Of a DNA stretch of 64,000 bases, positions 17,011 to 27,494 are shown piece after piece. The DNA lies in NCBI GenBank assembly GCA_019414565.1, contig DXLU01000007.1:2191-66190 (forward strand), in the 5' to 3' direction. The stretch comes from Collinsella sp. GTDB taxonomy: Bacteria > Actinomycetota > Coriobacteriia > Coriobacteriales > Coriobacteriaceae. The position numbers and the translations under genes were made by a program. Each line of letters starts with the position of its first letter. The stretch's first letter is position 1. The notes under the pieces were generated by a model, which was not told the DNA's origin, ran no database searches, and saw only the letters and a program-made list of their open reading frames with translations.

Positions 17011-19653
17011 TTACAGCGCGCCGGAACCGGCTTGCATCATGCCGCCGGGGCCCGAGGTCACGCCGCCGCTCACGGGCGCGGCGTTGCCAGTGCGCGGTGC
17101 CGCCGGGGCGGTATCACCACCGAGCGTGCCCGCCGGACGCGGTGCCGGGATCTCGCCCGTGCCGTGGCTAAAGACAAACTTGCCATCGGCCACGTCGCAC
17201 AGGACGGTATCGCCCTCGCCCCACTCGCCGGCCAGCAGCTCCTCGGACAGCGGGTCCTCGATGAGCTTTTGAATAGCACGGCGCAGCGGACGCGCACCGT
17301 TGGTGAGGTCGGTGCCCTCGGCCACGATCTTGTCATAGGCCGCATCGGTGAGCTTGATGTTCATGCCGTTGGCAATCAGACGCTGGCGCAGGTCGTCCAC
17401 CAGCAGGTGCGCGATCTTGGTGAGATTCTCGCCCGAGAGCTTCTGGAACACCACGATGTCGTCGATACGGTTGAGCAGCTCGGGGCGGAACAGGCGCTTG
17501 AGCTCGCCCATCGCGCGACCACGGATCTCACTCGACGTGAGACCCTGCTCGCCGGTGGTGCCAAAGCCCACGCTCGCATCCTGCGCAATCTCGCGGGCGC
17601 CCACATTGGACGTCATGATGATCACGGTGTTGCGGAAGTCGACCGTCTTGCCCTGGCTATCGGTCAGGCGGCCCTCCTCCAGCACCTGCAGCAAGATGTT
17701 GAAGATATCGGGGTGCGCCTTCTCGATCTCGTCGAACAGCACGACCGAGTACGGGTGGCGACGAACGGCCTTGGTGAGCTGGCCGCCCTCGTCGTGACCG
17801 ACGTAGCCCGGAGGGCTACCGATGAGCTTGGAGACCTCGAACTCGCTACCGAACTCGGACATGTCGAAGCTGATGAGCGCGTCTTTGCTGCCAAAGAGAT
17901 ACTCGGCGAGCGTCTTGGCGAGCTCGGTCTTGCCCGTGCCGGTGGGACCCAGGAAGATAAAGCTGCCGCCGGGACGACGCGGGTCCTTGAGCGGCGAGCG
18001 GCTGCGGCGCACGGCCTTGGCGACGGCCTCGACGGCCTCGTCCTGGCCGATAATGCGGGTCTTGAGCACGCTTTCGGTCTGCAGCAGGCGACGGCTCTCG
18101 CTCTCGGTGAGCGAGGAAACCGGCACGCCAGAGGTCACGGACACGATGTCGGCAATCTGACTCACGTCGATGGTGAGCGGGCTGGCGTCGAGCTCGGCGG
18201 TCCAGGCAGCCTTGGCCTCGGCGAGTTCAATCTCGGCAGCCTTCTGCTGCTCGGTGATCTCGGCGGCCTTGTTCATGTCGTCGCTCTCGGTGGCCTCCTG
18301 CGCGGCGGCCTTGAGCTCCTCTATGCGATGCTCGGCCTCGCGCACCGGCTCGGGCGCGCGGTTGGCGGCGATGCGAGCGCGAGCACCGGCCTCGTCAATG
18401 AGGTCGATGGCCTTATCGGGCAGGAAGCGATCCTGAATGTAGCGGTTGGAAAGGTTCGCGGCGGCCTCGATAGCACCCTGCGTATAGCGCACATGGTGGT
18501 GCTCCTCGTAGCGCGGCTTGAGCGCGGTCAGGATCTTGACCGTGTCCTCGACGCTCGGCTCCTCGACATCGATGGTCTGGAAGCGACGCTCGAAGGCCGG
18601 GTCCTTGGTGAGGTACTTGCGGAATTCCTCGGCCGTGGTGGCGCCGATAATCTGGAAGGCACCGCGCGCGAGCACGGGCTTGAGCATGGAGCTCGCGTCG
18701 ATGGAGCCCTCGGCAGAACCGGCACCGATGATGGTGTGCATCTCATCGATAAACAAGATGACGTCGTCGGCCTCGGTAGCCTCTTGGATCACGTTCTTGA
18801 GGCGCTCCTCAAACTCACCGCGATACTTGGCGCCCGCGACAAGACCCGGCAGGTCGAGCGTCCAGATATTCTGGTTCATGAGGTTCTCGGGCACGTTGCC
18901 AGCAGCAATCTGCTGCGCCAGGCCCTCGACGATAGCCGTCTTGCCCACGCCGGGATCGCCCAGGATAAGCGGATTGTTCTTGGTGCGGCGCGAAAGGATC
19001 TCCATCATGCGCTGGACTTCCTTTTCGCGGCCAATCACGGGATCGAGCTCGCCGTCGTGCGCCTTTTGCGTGAGGTTGGTGGCGAACTGCTTGAGCGTGT
19101 CGGTGCCGCTCCCCTTTTGCTGAGAGGCATCCGAGCCGCTAAAGAACGGCAGGCCCGCACCGGGACGACCAGCGCCAGCGCCAGCGAGCGGACGCTTCTT
19201 GTCCTGATCCTTGGCAGTGAGCTTTTCGATGGCCTTTTTAATGGAAGCAGACGACACGCCCAGGCGCATGAGGATGTCCATGGCCATGCCGTTGCCTTCT
19301 TCGACGATGCCGATCAGCAAGTGCTCGGTCGAAACGTAGGTCTGGTTGTTCTCGCGTGCCACGCGGAAGGAGCGCTCCATCACGCTAATGACGAGCGGCG
19401 TAAAGGCAAGCTTGGCAGCCTCGGTCTCCTCGCTGGGCTCGGGAACCGTGGTCTGGACCTCTTTGAGGGTATCCATGATGTCGTCGTAGGAGATATCGAG
19501 CGAGCGCAGCGCCTCAGCGGCAATGCCCTCGTCCTCCTTGGCGAGCGCGAGCAACAGATGCTCGGTACCCACCTTATTTGAATGAAGATCGAGCGCCTCC
19601 TGCTTGGCCATGGACATGACCTTGCGCGCGCGATCGGTAAAACGGTCTAACAT
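17011..19653 (-). CDS. clpC: ATP-dependent Clp protease ATP-binding subunit ClpC
   Basis: The product begins [20 protein letters not shown] (Clp N domain). It has two AAA+ modules ([16 protein letters not shown]) and a UVR-like linker. The start is at Met14, with a GAGGA SD 7 nt upstream. Confidence 0.96.
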   Translation of the reverse strand: MLDRFTDRARKVMSMAKQEALDLHSNKVGTEHLLLALAKEDEGIAAEALRSLDISYDDIMDTLKEVQTTVPEPSEETEAAKLAFTPLVISVMERSFRVARENNQTYVSTEHLLIGIVEEGNGMAMDILMRLGVSSASIKKAIEKLTAKDQDKKRPLAGAGAGRPGAGLPFFSGSDASQQKGSGTDTLKQFATNLTQKAHDGELDPVIGREKEVQRMMEILSRRTKNNPLILGDPGVGKTAIVEGLAQQIAAGNVPENLMNQNIWTLDLPGLVAGAKYRGEFEERLKNVIQEATEADDVILFIDEMHTIIGAGSAEGSIDASSMLKPVLARGAFQIIGATTAEEFRKYLTKDPAFERRFQTIDVEEPSVEDTVKILTALKPRYEEHHHVRYTQGAIEAAANLSNRYIQDRFLPDKAIDLIDEAGARARIAANRAPEPVREAEHRIEELKAAAQEATESDDMNKAAEITEQQKAAEIELAEAKAAWTAELDASPLTIDVSQIADIVSVTSGVPVSSLTESESRRLLQTESVLKTRIIGQDEAVEAVAKAVRRSRSPLKDPRRPGGSFIFLGPTGTGKTELAKTLAEYLFGSKDALISFDMSEFGSEFEVSKLIGSPPGYVGHDEGGQLTKAVRRHPYSVVLFDEIEKAHPDIFNILLQVLEEGRLTDSQGKTVDFRNTVIIMTSNVGAREIAQDASVGFGTTGEQGLTSSEIRGRAMGELKRLFRPELLNRIDDIVVFQKLSGENLTKIAHLLVDDLRQRLIANGMNIKLTDAAYDKIVAEGTDLTNGARPLRRAIQKLIEDPLSEELLAGEWGEGDTVLCDVADGKFVFSHGTGEIPAPRPAGTLGGDTAPAAPRTGNAAPVSGGVTSGPGGMMQAGSGAL

Positions 19654-19827
19654 GCTAGTTCCTCTTAGACGAGCTAGTTTTTTCAAACGCAAAGCGCCAC
19701 TCGTGGCGGCGCTTTGGTCTCTTTACCCATATGGAGTATATGTTAATCGCTGGGGCCTTTTCCGCATGCAGCCATACGACAACGTCTACAAAAAAGGAAT
19801 TGCCAGGTGCGTCTGCATCGGCCCAAC

Positions 19828-19917
19828 GAGCGTGGATTTTCGGACACCCATTCCACGAGCGTGGATAATCTCCCGTTTTGAGCCCGTAAACAAGCCAAAA
19901 ACGGGAGATTATCCACG
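19828..19917. repeat. Second locus of the GAGCGTGGATAATCTCCCG motif (three copies, two forming a perfect 20-bp inverted repeat); locus B
   Basis: Copies are at 19828 (GTGGATTTT variant) and 19857-19879. The third is the inverted copy aaaacgggagattatccacg at 19898-19917. Spacing of the first two copies (29 nt) mirrors locus A (28 nt). Confidence 0.75.
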
Positions 19918-19951
19918 TTCATGTTTTGCGGATCAGTTTCATTTGCACCAA

Positions 19952-21520
19952 TTAGCTGGTGTGGCGCCAGCGAGGGTCGGTGAGCGTACGCGCCACACCC
20001 AGGCCAACGGGCAAAAACGCCACGATGAGCACTGCACGCACAAACCAGCCGAGCATATTGACCGTGTCGAATGTGCACATGTAATACATCGAGCGATACA
20101 GATACAAGCCCGGCACCATAATGACAATCGATGGCACCGTGAGGGCGATACGTGGGTAGGTGAGCTTGATTTCGGCTAAGCTCGCGAGCAGCCCCGATAC
20201 CAGCGCGCCGATAAACGCTGCCGCCTCGGGAGGCATACCTACGCTCAGGCCCAGAAAGGGAAACAGCGTCGGCGCATCGACGAGCGTAAGGCGCAAGGTA
20301 TTGGACACGGCGCCGATCAGCCCAGCTGCCGCGGCCATCTTTACCGGGCTGTTGAACATCACCGAGAAGCCGAATACGCCAACGAAGCTCATCACCACGC
20401 GCAGGAGCGTAAGGGCAAGCGGCGAAAGGCCGAGCGGGGCAAAATCATCCGGTGCCAGCCCCACACACTCGGCAACCATCCAGCCCACAAGGGTCGCCAT
20501 CACAATAATCGACACGGCATACGAAAGACGCTCAATGCCGCTTCGCATATCGAGCTTAGCGATGTCGAGGCCTGCCGTAATGAGGGGAAAGCCGGGAATC
20601 ACAAAGAGCATGGCGCCGATATAGCCTTCTTGGTGCGACATTGCCCCCGGTACGACCTGGCCAAGGCCGAGCAATGCCAGCAGATACGAAACGCAAGCGA
20701 GCGCAACGCCAATCGTCAGCGCGCTAAACTGGCCAAGACCCTGCTTGAGAATATGAGAGCGAGCAAAGTTGCCAACACCAGCGCCTACGAATGCGCAGGC
20801 CATCTCGATAGGGCCGCCGCCGAGCAAAAAGACGAAGGCGCCGCAAGCACAAGCTGCCGCAAGGCCCTGTTGCCAGGGAGAGTAATCGGGTTTTGAACTC
20901 TCAACGGTCTTGAGCATCTCGTGGTATTCGTGCACGGTAAACCGGCGCCCATACGTCTCGATTTCCTTTAGGAAGCTCTCCATCATCCAAATGCGATGGG
21001 TATTGACTCCCGTTGTGGGCAGGCTGACAACCTCGTTAAAGCAGTGGCCATCTTCGATGCAGGTGCACTCAAACGACAGAAGACTTAAGTCAACGTGGAC
21101 GGTGACACCGAGTACGGCGGCGACGCGATTCATGGTATCGCGTACACGCCAGGCACCCGTTCCGCTCGCGAGCATAAGCATACCGGTGCGGCAGATGATG
21201 GATGACTTATCGGTGAGCGGCGCATCGACGGCAAGCTCATCGCCTGCCGTCACGATCTGGTGCCAGTCAGTTTTCATATGGAGTGCGCCGGCACGAACAC
21301 CGTGGTGCATGGGGGCTCTCGAAAGCAGCGAGTCAAGGCGCGAAGACTGTGGGGACTCCGTTGATTCGTCCTCAACCTCATCAGTCTCTTCATCGACCAG
21401 ATCAAATGAGTCAAGCGATGCCGGCTCGCGACGATCGATTAGCTCCTCATCCTCATCGTCAAAGTAATTGAACTGATCGAGCATGTCCTCTTCGATTGCA
21501 CGCTCGCTCGCGTCGTCCAT
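19952..21520 (-). CDS. ThrE-family (DUF1212 + DUF3815) threonine/serine exporter-like membrane protein with an acidic N-terminal region
   Basis: GMLMLASGTGAWRVRDTMNRVA matches the DUF1212 signature and is followed by about 10 TM segments. The start is at Met16, with a GGGAAGGGAG SD. Confidence 0.8.
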   Translation of the reverse strand: MDDASERAIEEDMLDQFNYFDDEDEELIDRREPASLDSFDLVDEETDEVEDESTESPQSSRLDSLLSRAPMHHGVRAGALHMKTDWHQIVTAGDELAVDAPLTDKSSIICRTGMLMLASGTGAWRVRDTMNRVAAVLGVTVHVDLSLLSFECTCIEDGHCFNEVVSLPTTGVNTHRIWMMESFLKEIETYGRRFTVHEYHEMLKTVESSKPDYSPWQQGLAAACACGAFVFLLGGGPIEMACAFVGAGVGNFARSHILKQGLGQFSALTIGVALACVSYLLALLGLGQVVPGAMSHQEGYIGAMLFVIPGFPLITAGLDIAKLDMRSGIERLSYAVSIIVMATLVGWMVAECVGLAPDDFAPLGLSPLALTLLRVVMSFVGVFGFSVMFNSPVKMAAAAGLIGAVSNTLRLTLVDAPTLFPFLGLSVGMPPEAAAFIGALVSGLLASLAEIKLTYPRIALTVPSIVIMVPGLYLYRSMYYMCTFDTVNMLGWFVRAVLIVAFLPVGLGVARTLTDPRWRHTS

Positions 21521-21840
21521 ATAGACGCTCCCTTCCCACCGACTAACCCCCATCCTAGGCAGCAACGGCTAAAGGAAACATAAAAGAGACGGCTGCCATG
21601 CGAGCCATGTGCTCAATAGCCGTTGGGTAGTCGTTTAAGAACGTCCCCAATGACTATTGACGGCCAAGGCAACGCCGATGTATTGGCGACGTCAGCGAGC
21701 GGGTCGCATTTGAGACAAGGTGACGTGAAACGAAAGGGCGCTGACCTTCTGGTCGCGCCCTTGAAGTTGAGCGTCAGATTGTCCAAATGCGGCCCGCGCA
21801 GCGTCGAGCCGTTACGCGGTTCGTAGAACCGCGTAACTAG

Positions 21841-23805
21841 TTAGTACATCTTTGCGCCGGCGGGGATGGAGGCGTCGAGCTGGATCAGGTTGAGACGCTC
21901 CTCACCATCCTCCTCGTGGATAGCGCTGATGAGCATGCCGCAGCTGGGAATGCCCATCATCTTGCGCGGCGGCAGATTGGTGATGGCGAGCAAGGTCTTG
22001 CCGACCAGGTCCTCGGGCTCATAATAACCGTGAATGCCGGAGAGGATGGTACGGTCGGTGCCGGTGCCGTCGTCGAGCGTAAAGTTCAGCAGCTTCTTGG
22101 ACTTCTTGACGGCCTCGCATGCCTTGACCTTCACGGCGCGGAAGTCGCTCTTGGAGAAGGTATCAAAGTCGACGAACTCCTCAAACAGCGGCTCGACGGC
22201 AATCTTGGAATAATCAACCGTGGGCTTGAGCGGCTTGACGAACGGGCTCGCGGTGTTGCCGGCCTCGGCAGCCTTAGCGGCAGCGGCACCGGACTGGAAA
22301 CCCTTCTCGGGCTTCATGTGCGGGAACAGTAGCACGTCGCGGATGGAAGCCTGGTTGGTGAGCAGCATGACCACGCGGTCGATACCGATGCCGATGCCGC
22401 CCGCGGGAGGCATACCGTACTCGAGGGCGCGCACGTAGTCCTCGTCGTACTCCATGGCCTCGTCGTCGCCGCCAGCCTTCTCGGCCATCTGGGCGGCAAA
22501 GCGCTCGGCCTGGTCGACCGGGTCGTTGAGCTCGGAGAACGCGTTGGCGTACTCGTGACCGGCGATAACCAGCTCAAAGCGGTGCGTCAGGCGCGGGTCG
22601 TCCTCAAAGCGCTTGGCAAGCGGGCTGACCTCGATGGGGTAATCGCAAACGAACGTGGGGTTGACAATGGTGTCCTCGCCCAGCTCATCGTAGATCTCGG
22701 CGATAATCTTGCCGGCGGTCCACTCGGGCTTAATCTCCAGGCCCTTCTCGCGCGCGGCGGCAGCAAGCTCCTCGACCGGCGTGTCGATGGTGACCTGCTT
22801 GCCGAGCACGTCGGAAACGATGTCGGTCATGGGACGGCTGGCCCACTCACCAGAAAGGTCGATGGTCTGGCCCTGGTACTCGATGACCTCGGGGTTGCCG
22901 ATGGCCTTGTTAGCCGCCTTAATGACACCCTGGGCGAGCGCCTTCATGCCCTCGAGGTCGGAGAAGGCACGATAGGCCTCCATCGTGGTGAACTCGGGGT
23001 TGTGGGTAAGGTCCATGCCCTCGTTACGGAAGATACGGCCGATCTCGAACACGCGCTCAAAACCGCCGACGATGCAGCGCTTGAGGTGCAGCTCGGTAGC
23101 AATGCGCAGGTAGCACTCCTGATCGAGCGCGTTGAAGTGCGTGATGAACGGCTTGGCAGTAGCGCCGCCCTGGATGGTCTGCAGGATGGGGGTCTCGACC
23201 TCCATGTAGCCGTCGGACTCCATAAAGCGACGGAAGGTGGAGAGAATCTGCGAACGCTTACGGAACGTCTCGCGAACGTCGTCGTTGGCGATCAGGTCAA
23301 CATAGCGCTGGCGATAGCGGGTCTCCTTGTCGGAAAGACCGTGGAACTTCTCGGGCAGCGGACGAACGGCCTTGGCAAGCAGGGTCGCGCTCTTAGGGGC
23401 AACGGAAAGCTGGCCGCGCTGGGTGCGCACAACCACGCCGGTCACGCCCAGGATGTCGCCCAGGTCGAGGGACTTGAGCGTATTCCAGGCAGCCTCGTCC
23501 ATGTCGTTGATGCGGCAGAACAGCTGAATCTCGGCAGTCGCATCGCGTACGACGATGAACATGATCTTGCCCTGACCGCGCTTGGCGACCACACGGCCGG
23601 CGATCTTCACGACGTCCTCGGTGTCCTCGCCATCGGCAAGCTCGGCGTACTTAGCCTCGATATCGGCAACGTAGTCCTCAAGCTCAGAGTGCTCGGGATA
23701 GGGGTTCTGGCCCGCCTCGAACAGGGCGGCGCGCTTGGCCAGGCGGGTGGCGCGCTCGTCGTTGAGCGTCGATGCCTGATCTGCGGCGTTCTGGTTCTCT
23801 GCCAT
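21841..23805 (-). CDS. lysS: Lysine--tRNA ligase (class II) fused to a C-terminal Trbp111/CsaA/EMAP-II-like tRNA-binding OB domain
   Basis: The class II LysRS core runs through ...LLFPHMKPE. After a linker, about 125 aa match the MetRS-C/CsaA pattern (DFRAVKVKACEAVKKSKKLLNFTLDDGT..RTILSGIHGYYEPEDLVGKTLLAITNLPPRKMMGIPSCGMLISA). Confidence 0.93.
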   Translation of the reverse strand: MAENQNAADQASTLNDERATRLAKRAALFEAGQNPYPEHSELEDYVADIEAKYAELADGEDTEDVVKIAGRVVAKRGQGKIMFIVVRDATAEIQLFCRINDMDEAAWNTLKSLDLGDILGVTGVVVRTQRGQLSVAPKSATLLAKAVRPLPEKFHGLSDKETRYRQRYVDLIANDDVRETFRKRSQILSTFRRFMESDGYMEVETPILQTIQGGATAKPFITHFNALDQECYLRIATELHLKRCIVGGFERVFEIGRIFRNEGMDLTHNPEFTTMEAYRAFSDLEGMKALAQGVIKAANKAIGNPEVIEYQGQTIDLSGEWASRPMTDIVSDVLGKQVTIDTPVEELAAAAREKGLEIKPEWTAGKIIAEIYDELGEDTIVNPTFVCDYPIEVSPLAKRFEDDPRLTHRFELVIAGHEYANAFSELNDPVDQAERFAAQMAEKAGGDDEAMEYDEDYVRALEYGMPPAGGIGIGIDRVVMLLTNQASIRDVLLFPHMKPEKGFQSGAAAAKAAEAGNTASPFVKPLKPTVDYSKIAVEPLFEEFVDFDTFSKSDFRAVKVKACEAVKKSKKLLNFTLDDGTGTDRTILSGIHGYYEPEDLVGKTLLAITNLPPRKMMGIPSCGMLISAIHEEDGEERLNLIQLDASIPAGAKMY

Positions 23806-23884
23806 AAGTTAGCTCCTCAAACTAAAACGCTCCCCAGGATTCGGTCCCAGGGAGCGAAAACATACCTTTACGCGGGACCGTGGT

Positions 23885-24355
23885 CTAGCGTGCGATCTTG
23901 GCGATGGTGTAGACGCGGGTCTTGCCCGAAGGCGTAACGACCTCGACGGAGTCGCCCTCGCCGTGACCGATGATAGCGTGGCCGACCGGAGACTCGTTGG
24001 AGATCTTGTGCTCGAGCGAGTTGGTCTCGGTGGTACCGACGAGCGTGACTTCCATGACCTCACCGTTGGGATCGATCAGAGAAACGGTGGAACCGATGGA
24101 GACGGTCAGATCGCCCGTGGTGGCAGCAACCTGAGCGTTGGCGAGGATGGCCTGAATCTCGGCAATGCGAGCAGCATTCTGGGCCTGCTTGTCCTTGGCG
24201 GCGTCGTACTCGGAGTTCTCCGAAAGGTCGCCGAACGCGCGGGCTTCCTTGATGTCCTCGACGATCTCCTTGGCGTAATCGCCCTCACGCCAAGCGAGCT
24301 CCTCGACGAGCTTCTGGCGGCCCTCAGCGGTCAGTACGATCTGGCTTGCGTCCAT
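23885..24355 (-). CDS. greA: Transcription elongation factor GreA
   Basis: LTAEGRQKLVEEL ... FGDLSENSEYDAAKDKQ is the GreA signature. Confidence 0.95.
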   Translation of the reverse strand: MDASQIVLTAEGRQKLVEELAWREGDYAKEIVEDIKEARAFGDLSENSEYDAAKDKQAQNAARIAEIQAILANAQVAATTGDLTVSIGSTVSLIDPNGEVMEVTLVGTTETNSLEHKISNESPVGHAIIGHGEGDSVEVVTPSGKTRVYTIAKIAR

Positions 24356-24399
24356 ACGGATATCTCCCCAACTATGATGTAACGATCAACTGTCAACAA

Positions 24400-24435
24400 A
24401 ACGAAAAAGACCGGCTAGCCTGCGGGCAAGCCGGT
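24400..24435 (-). terminator. Rho-independent terminator after tatA
   Basis: The stem GACCGGCT/AGCCGGTC is followed by TTTTTCGTTTTG on the minus strand. Confidence 0.75.
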
Positions 24436-24461
24436 CAGGTGCTCACCCCAAAGGGATGGGA

Positions 24462-24737
24462 CTACTCTGCGTCCGCGTCGCTGTCCTCTGCCTTCTTTTG
24501 CTTAGCAGCAGCGAGCTTGGCCTCGAGCTCTGCGATCTCCTTGTCCTCCTTGGACTCCTCGACCACAACGTCCTCGGCCTGCTTGGTTTCGCCCTTATCG
24601 TCGCCCTCCATACCCTCGCGGATATTCTTGACGGTAGAGCCGAGGGACTTGCCGAGCTTCGGCAGGTTCTTAGGCCCGAAGATAATCAGGACAACAACGA
24701 GAATAATGATGAGCTCAGGAGCCCTCAGTCCAAACAT
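24462..24737 (-). CDS. tatA: Twin-arginine translocase subunit TatA/E
   Basis: [33 protein letters not shown] is typical of TatA. A GGAGG SD lies 5 nt upstream. The longer ORF-track start runs through tRNA-Pro and is rejected. Confidence 0.92.
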   Translation of the reverse strand: MFGLRAPELIIILVVVLIIFGPKNLPKLGKSLGSTVKNIREGMEGDDKGETKQAEDVVVEESKEDKEIAELEAKLAAAKQKKAEDSDADAE

Positions 24738-24849
24738 GTAGACCTCCACAATACAGCGAGACAAGCTCGAATAAGTATACCGCGGGTGCCGCGGTATCAC
24801 AACAATAGCTAAAAAAAGGGACCGCAAGAAGCGGTCCCTCCTCATGCTC

Positions 24850-24926
24850 TGGTCGGGTTGACTGGATTTGAACCAGCGACCCCTGCGTCCCGAACGCAGT
24901 GCTCTACCAAACTGAGCCACAACCCG
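24850..24926 (-). tRNA. trnP: tRNA-Pro (anticodon CGG)
   Basis: Cloverleaf: acceptor CGGGTTG/CAACCCG, anticodon loop TTCGGGA, T-loop TTCAAAT, CCA encoded. Confidence 0.9.
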
Positions 24927-24975
24927 TTAGCTCGACTATAGTAACAAAGATTTTCGCCGCGTGCTAGAGAAATTT

Positions 24976-25872
24976 TTATTTCTTTGGCGCTTCGATGCGA
25001 ACCGTGTCGGAAACGAGCTCCGTTGCATAAGCCCACCAGCCGTTTTGCTGAGCGGCTGCCGCAAGATTGGCTGCCGTGGCGGCGGTATCACAAAGAGCAA
25101 ACGAGCAGGCACCCGAACCGCACACGTTTGTGGCAATGGTACCGTCCTGTGAACGAAGCCAGTCGAGCACCGTTTGAATCCGCGGCTCCATCTGAGCGGA
25201 AATAACACCCAGGTTGTTGTGGACGAGCGCGTAGGCCGCCTCTGCGTCTCCCAAACGAAGGGCAGCTGCAATCGCCCCGGGCTTGTCCGCAGGCGTTGGG
25301 GTCTCGTCAAAACGTCGATAGGCTTCAATTGTTGAAACGCTTGCCTCGCGCGGCTTGACCAGCACGACGGGTGTCGCGGGTAGTGCGGGGTACTCGGTTG
25401 CCAGCACGTCTCCCCCACCCACGTAAAATGCAGGGCTGGCATGCAAAAAGAACGGCACGTCGGCGCCAATGCCGCGCGCGATGTCATCGAGCGCGGGATC
25501 GGCACGGTCGATACCCCAACTCTCCGCCAAGGCGACAATGACCGCCGCGGCATCCGTCGAAGGACCGCCCAGGCCGGCACACAACGGGATGCGCTTCTCG
25601 ATCGTGATGCAGGCATTGGCTTCGCGACCATAATGCTCGGCCATAGCAGCGGCTGCACGATACGCCGTATTCTTTTGCATGGGAAAGTCGGATGCCGGAA
25701 TCGTCTGGACGGTCAGCGCCTGCGCCGGCGTAACCGTCACGGTATCGACAAGACCGACGGCTGCCATCAGGGAATCGACCTTATGGTAGCCGCGGTCGTC
25801 GCGCTCGGCATGAACCCCCAGATAGAGGTTGATCTTTGCCGGCGCGGAAAGGGTCAGGGACCAATCGGTCAC
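24976..25872 (-). CDS. ispE: 4-(cytidine 5'-diphospho)-2-C-methyl-D-erythritol kinase
   Basis: APAKINLYLGV ... GLGGPSTDAAA shows the GHMP kinase motifs. Confidence 0.93.
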   Translation of the reverse strand: MTDWSLTLSAPAKINLYLGVHAERDDRGYHKVDSLMAAVGLVDTVTVTPAQALTVQTIPASDFPMQKNTAYRAAAAMAEHYGREANACITIEKRIPLCAGLGGPSTDAAAVIVALAESWGIDRADPALDDIARGIGADVPFFLHASPAFYVGGGDVLATEYPALPATPVVLVKPREASVSTIEAYRRFDETPTPADKPGAIAAALRLGDAEAAYALVHNNLGVISAQMEPRIQTVLDWLRSQDGTIATNVCGSGACSFALCDTAATAANLAAAAQQNGWWAYATELVSDTVRIEAPKK

Positions 25873-25874
25873 CG

Positions 25875-26171
25875 CTAGTGCTCCTCGAGCTGATTGCCGA
25901 GCGGGGTAAAAATGTGCTCGCCGCTCTCGGGGTCGAACAGCTCAACCTGACCGGTGAGAACATCAATATACTGGTAGGACTGACGCGACTTGCGGCCACG
26001 GCGCTCGTCGACCTCGACGATAAAGACAGCCGGGTGGACGCTCTTGATGGTGCCCATGCGCTCGACGACGCGGGTGCGGCCCATGTTGGCCTTCACCTTA
26101 ACGCGATCGCCCACCATATCGGTCAGCTTCTCGTGGATGTCGTCGACGTGATTGACTTCCATCTCTTCCAT
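25875..26171 (-). CDS. veg: Veg-family protein (DUF1021)
   Basis: GDRVKVKANMGRTRVVERMGTIKSVHPAVFIVEV...QSYQYIDVLTGQVEL matches the Veg pattern. The gene is adjacent to ispE, as in Bacillus. The start is chosen at the ATG with a GGAGG SD and remains uncertain (26162-26195). Confidence 0.75.
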   Translation of the reverse strand: MEEMEVNHVDDIHEKLTDMVGDRVKVKANMGRTRVVERMGTIKSVHPAVFIVEVDERRGRKSRQSYQYIDVLTGQVELFDPESGEHIFTPLGNQLEEH

Positions 26172-26301
26172 GAACAGGGCCTCCAGAAGGTGCAATTCAA
26201 AAAGGGGATAATACCCCTAAGATAGACAAAACTCTAATACTATAGCACCCTGTTGCGACCACGCGCAAGTAACTAAATAAGCCCCGTCCCAAATTGACTA
26301 C

Positions 26302-26748
26302 TTACAGATTGTCTGTGTCCAGAACGATGGTGAATGGACCGTCGTTGACGAGGTCGACCTTCATGTCGGCGCCGAAGATGCCATGCGCTACGTGCTCGAC
26401 GTCCTCGCGCACAAGCGTCAGGAAGTACTCGTAGAGCTTGTTGGCAACATCGGGGGCGCCGGCATCCGTAAACGATGGGCGGCGGCCGTGACGGCAATCG
26501 GCGAACAGCGTGAACTGCGACACCACGAGAACCTCGCCGTCGACATCGGCAAGTGCCAGGTTGGTCTTGCCGTTCTCGTCCTCGTTAATGCGCAAGCCCC
26601 GGAGCTTGCCCCACAGCTTATCGGCCTCGGCGCGCGTGTCGCCGTGGCCCACGCCCAACAGCACCAGATAGCCGCGCCCAATTTTGCCCACGCACTCGCC
26701 GTCGACCGTCACGCCGGCGTTGAGCACACGCTGCACCACCGCACGCAC
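26302..26748 (-). CDS. dtd: D-aminoacyl-tRNA deacylase
   Basis: MRAVVQRV ... [11 protein letters not shown] ... GRRPSF is the Dtd signature. Confidence 0.95.
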   Translation of the reverse strand: MRAVVQRVLNAGVTVDGECVGKIGRGYLVLLGVGHGDTRAEADKLWGKLRGLRINEDENGKTNLALADVDGEVLVVSQFTLFADCRHGRRPSFTDAGAPDVANKLYEYFLTLVREDVEHVAHGIFGADMKVDLVNDGPFTIVLDTDNL

Positions 26749-26751
26749 GGC

Positions 26752-27393
26752 CTACTCCTCGCCCGTCAGTTTGGCGGATAGGTGCTCGAGCGCATGGAAT
26801 CGGTGGCTGATGGCGTTCTTCTCGTCCGCCGTCAGCTCGGCCATGGTCTTGCCCGGCGTGTCGACCGGCAGGAACAGCGGGTCGTAGCCAAAGCCGTGAT
26901 CGCCACGGCCCTCGTGCGCGATAACACCCTCGCAGGTGCCCTCACCATAGGTGACCAAACCGTCCGTGTCAATGAGCGCGACGACGCTCATAAAGCGCGC
27001 AGTGCGGTCCTCGTCGGCCACGCCCTCCAGATTCACGAGCAGCTTGGCATTGTTGGCGGTATCGTCGCCGTGAACGCCCGCGTAGCGCGCGCTATACACA
27101 CCGGGCTCACCGTCCAGTGCGTCGACGACCAGGCCCGAATCGTCGGCAATGGCCATGAGCCCCGTCTCTTCGACGGCAGCCTGCGCCTTGATGATGGCGT
27201 TCTCCAAAAACGTCGTGCCGTTTTCCTCGGGATCCTCAAAATCACCCAGCTGGCCGAGCGCCACAAAGCGAACCTCGGGCATAACCTTGCCCAAAATGGC
27301 CTCGATCTCGGTGAGCTTATGGGCGTTGCCCGTTGCCACGACGATGGTCGCCGCCGGGTCGAGGGTGTCGATGTCGATCTTCTCAAGTGCCAT
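26752..27393 (-). CDS. rdgB: dITP/XTP pyrophosphatase (non-canonical purine NTP pyrophosphatase, RdgB/HAM1)
   Basis: VATGNAHKLTE ... EENGTTFLENA ... DDSGLVVDAL.GEPGVYSARY ... FGYDPLF matches the family. Confidence 0.94.
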   Translation of the reverse strand: MALEKIDIDTLDPAATIVVATGNAHKLTEIEAILGKVMPEVRFVALGQLGDFEDPEENGTTFLENAIIKAQAAVEETGLMAIADDSGLVVDALDGEPGVYSARYAGVHGDDTANNAKLLVNLEGVADEDRTARFMSVVALIDTDGLVTYGEGTCEGVIAHEGRGDHGFGYDPLFLPVDTPGKTMAELTADEKNAISHRFHALEHLSAKLTGEE

Positions 27394-27494
27394 GAGTGGT
27401 CTCCTTGTCTCTACAGCAATGCCGTGTCGAGGACGACGAGGCCTCGGCCTCTCCCCCTCTTAATCAGCGGCAGTCTTATACTTCGACGTTTTCC

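Noticed and set aside
16984-19581. Long plus-strand ORFs antisense to clpC (865 aa). Similar cases are 44823-46478 (antisense to groEL), 27913-30276, 1726-3177, 6914-8551, 42696-43925, 22555-23937, 34828-36015 and 38704-39834.
   Set aside because: These are typical high-GC shadow ORFs. They are low-complexity, rich in Gly/Ala/Arg/Leu/Val/Asp, lack SD sequences and match no recognisable family. Each fully overlaps a confidently identified housekeeping gene on the other strand.
24462-24920. A 152-aa ORF extending tatA upstream.
   Set aside because: The extension reads through the tRNA-Pro gene (24850-24926). TatA begins at MFGLRAPE (24737), which has a GGAGG SD.
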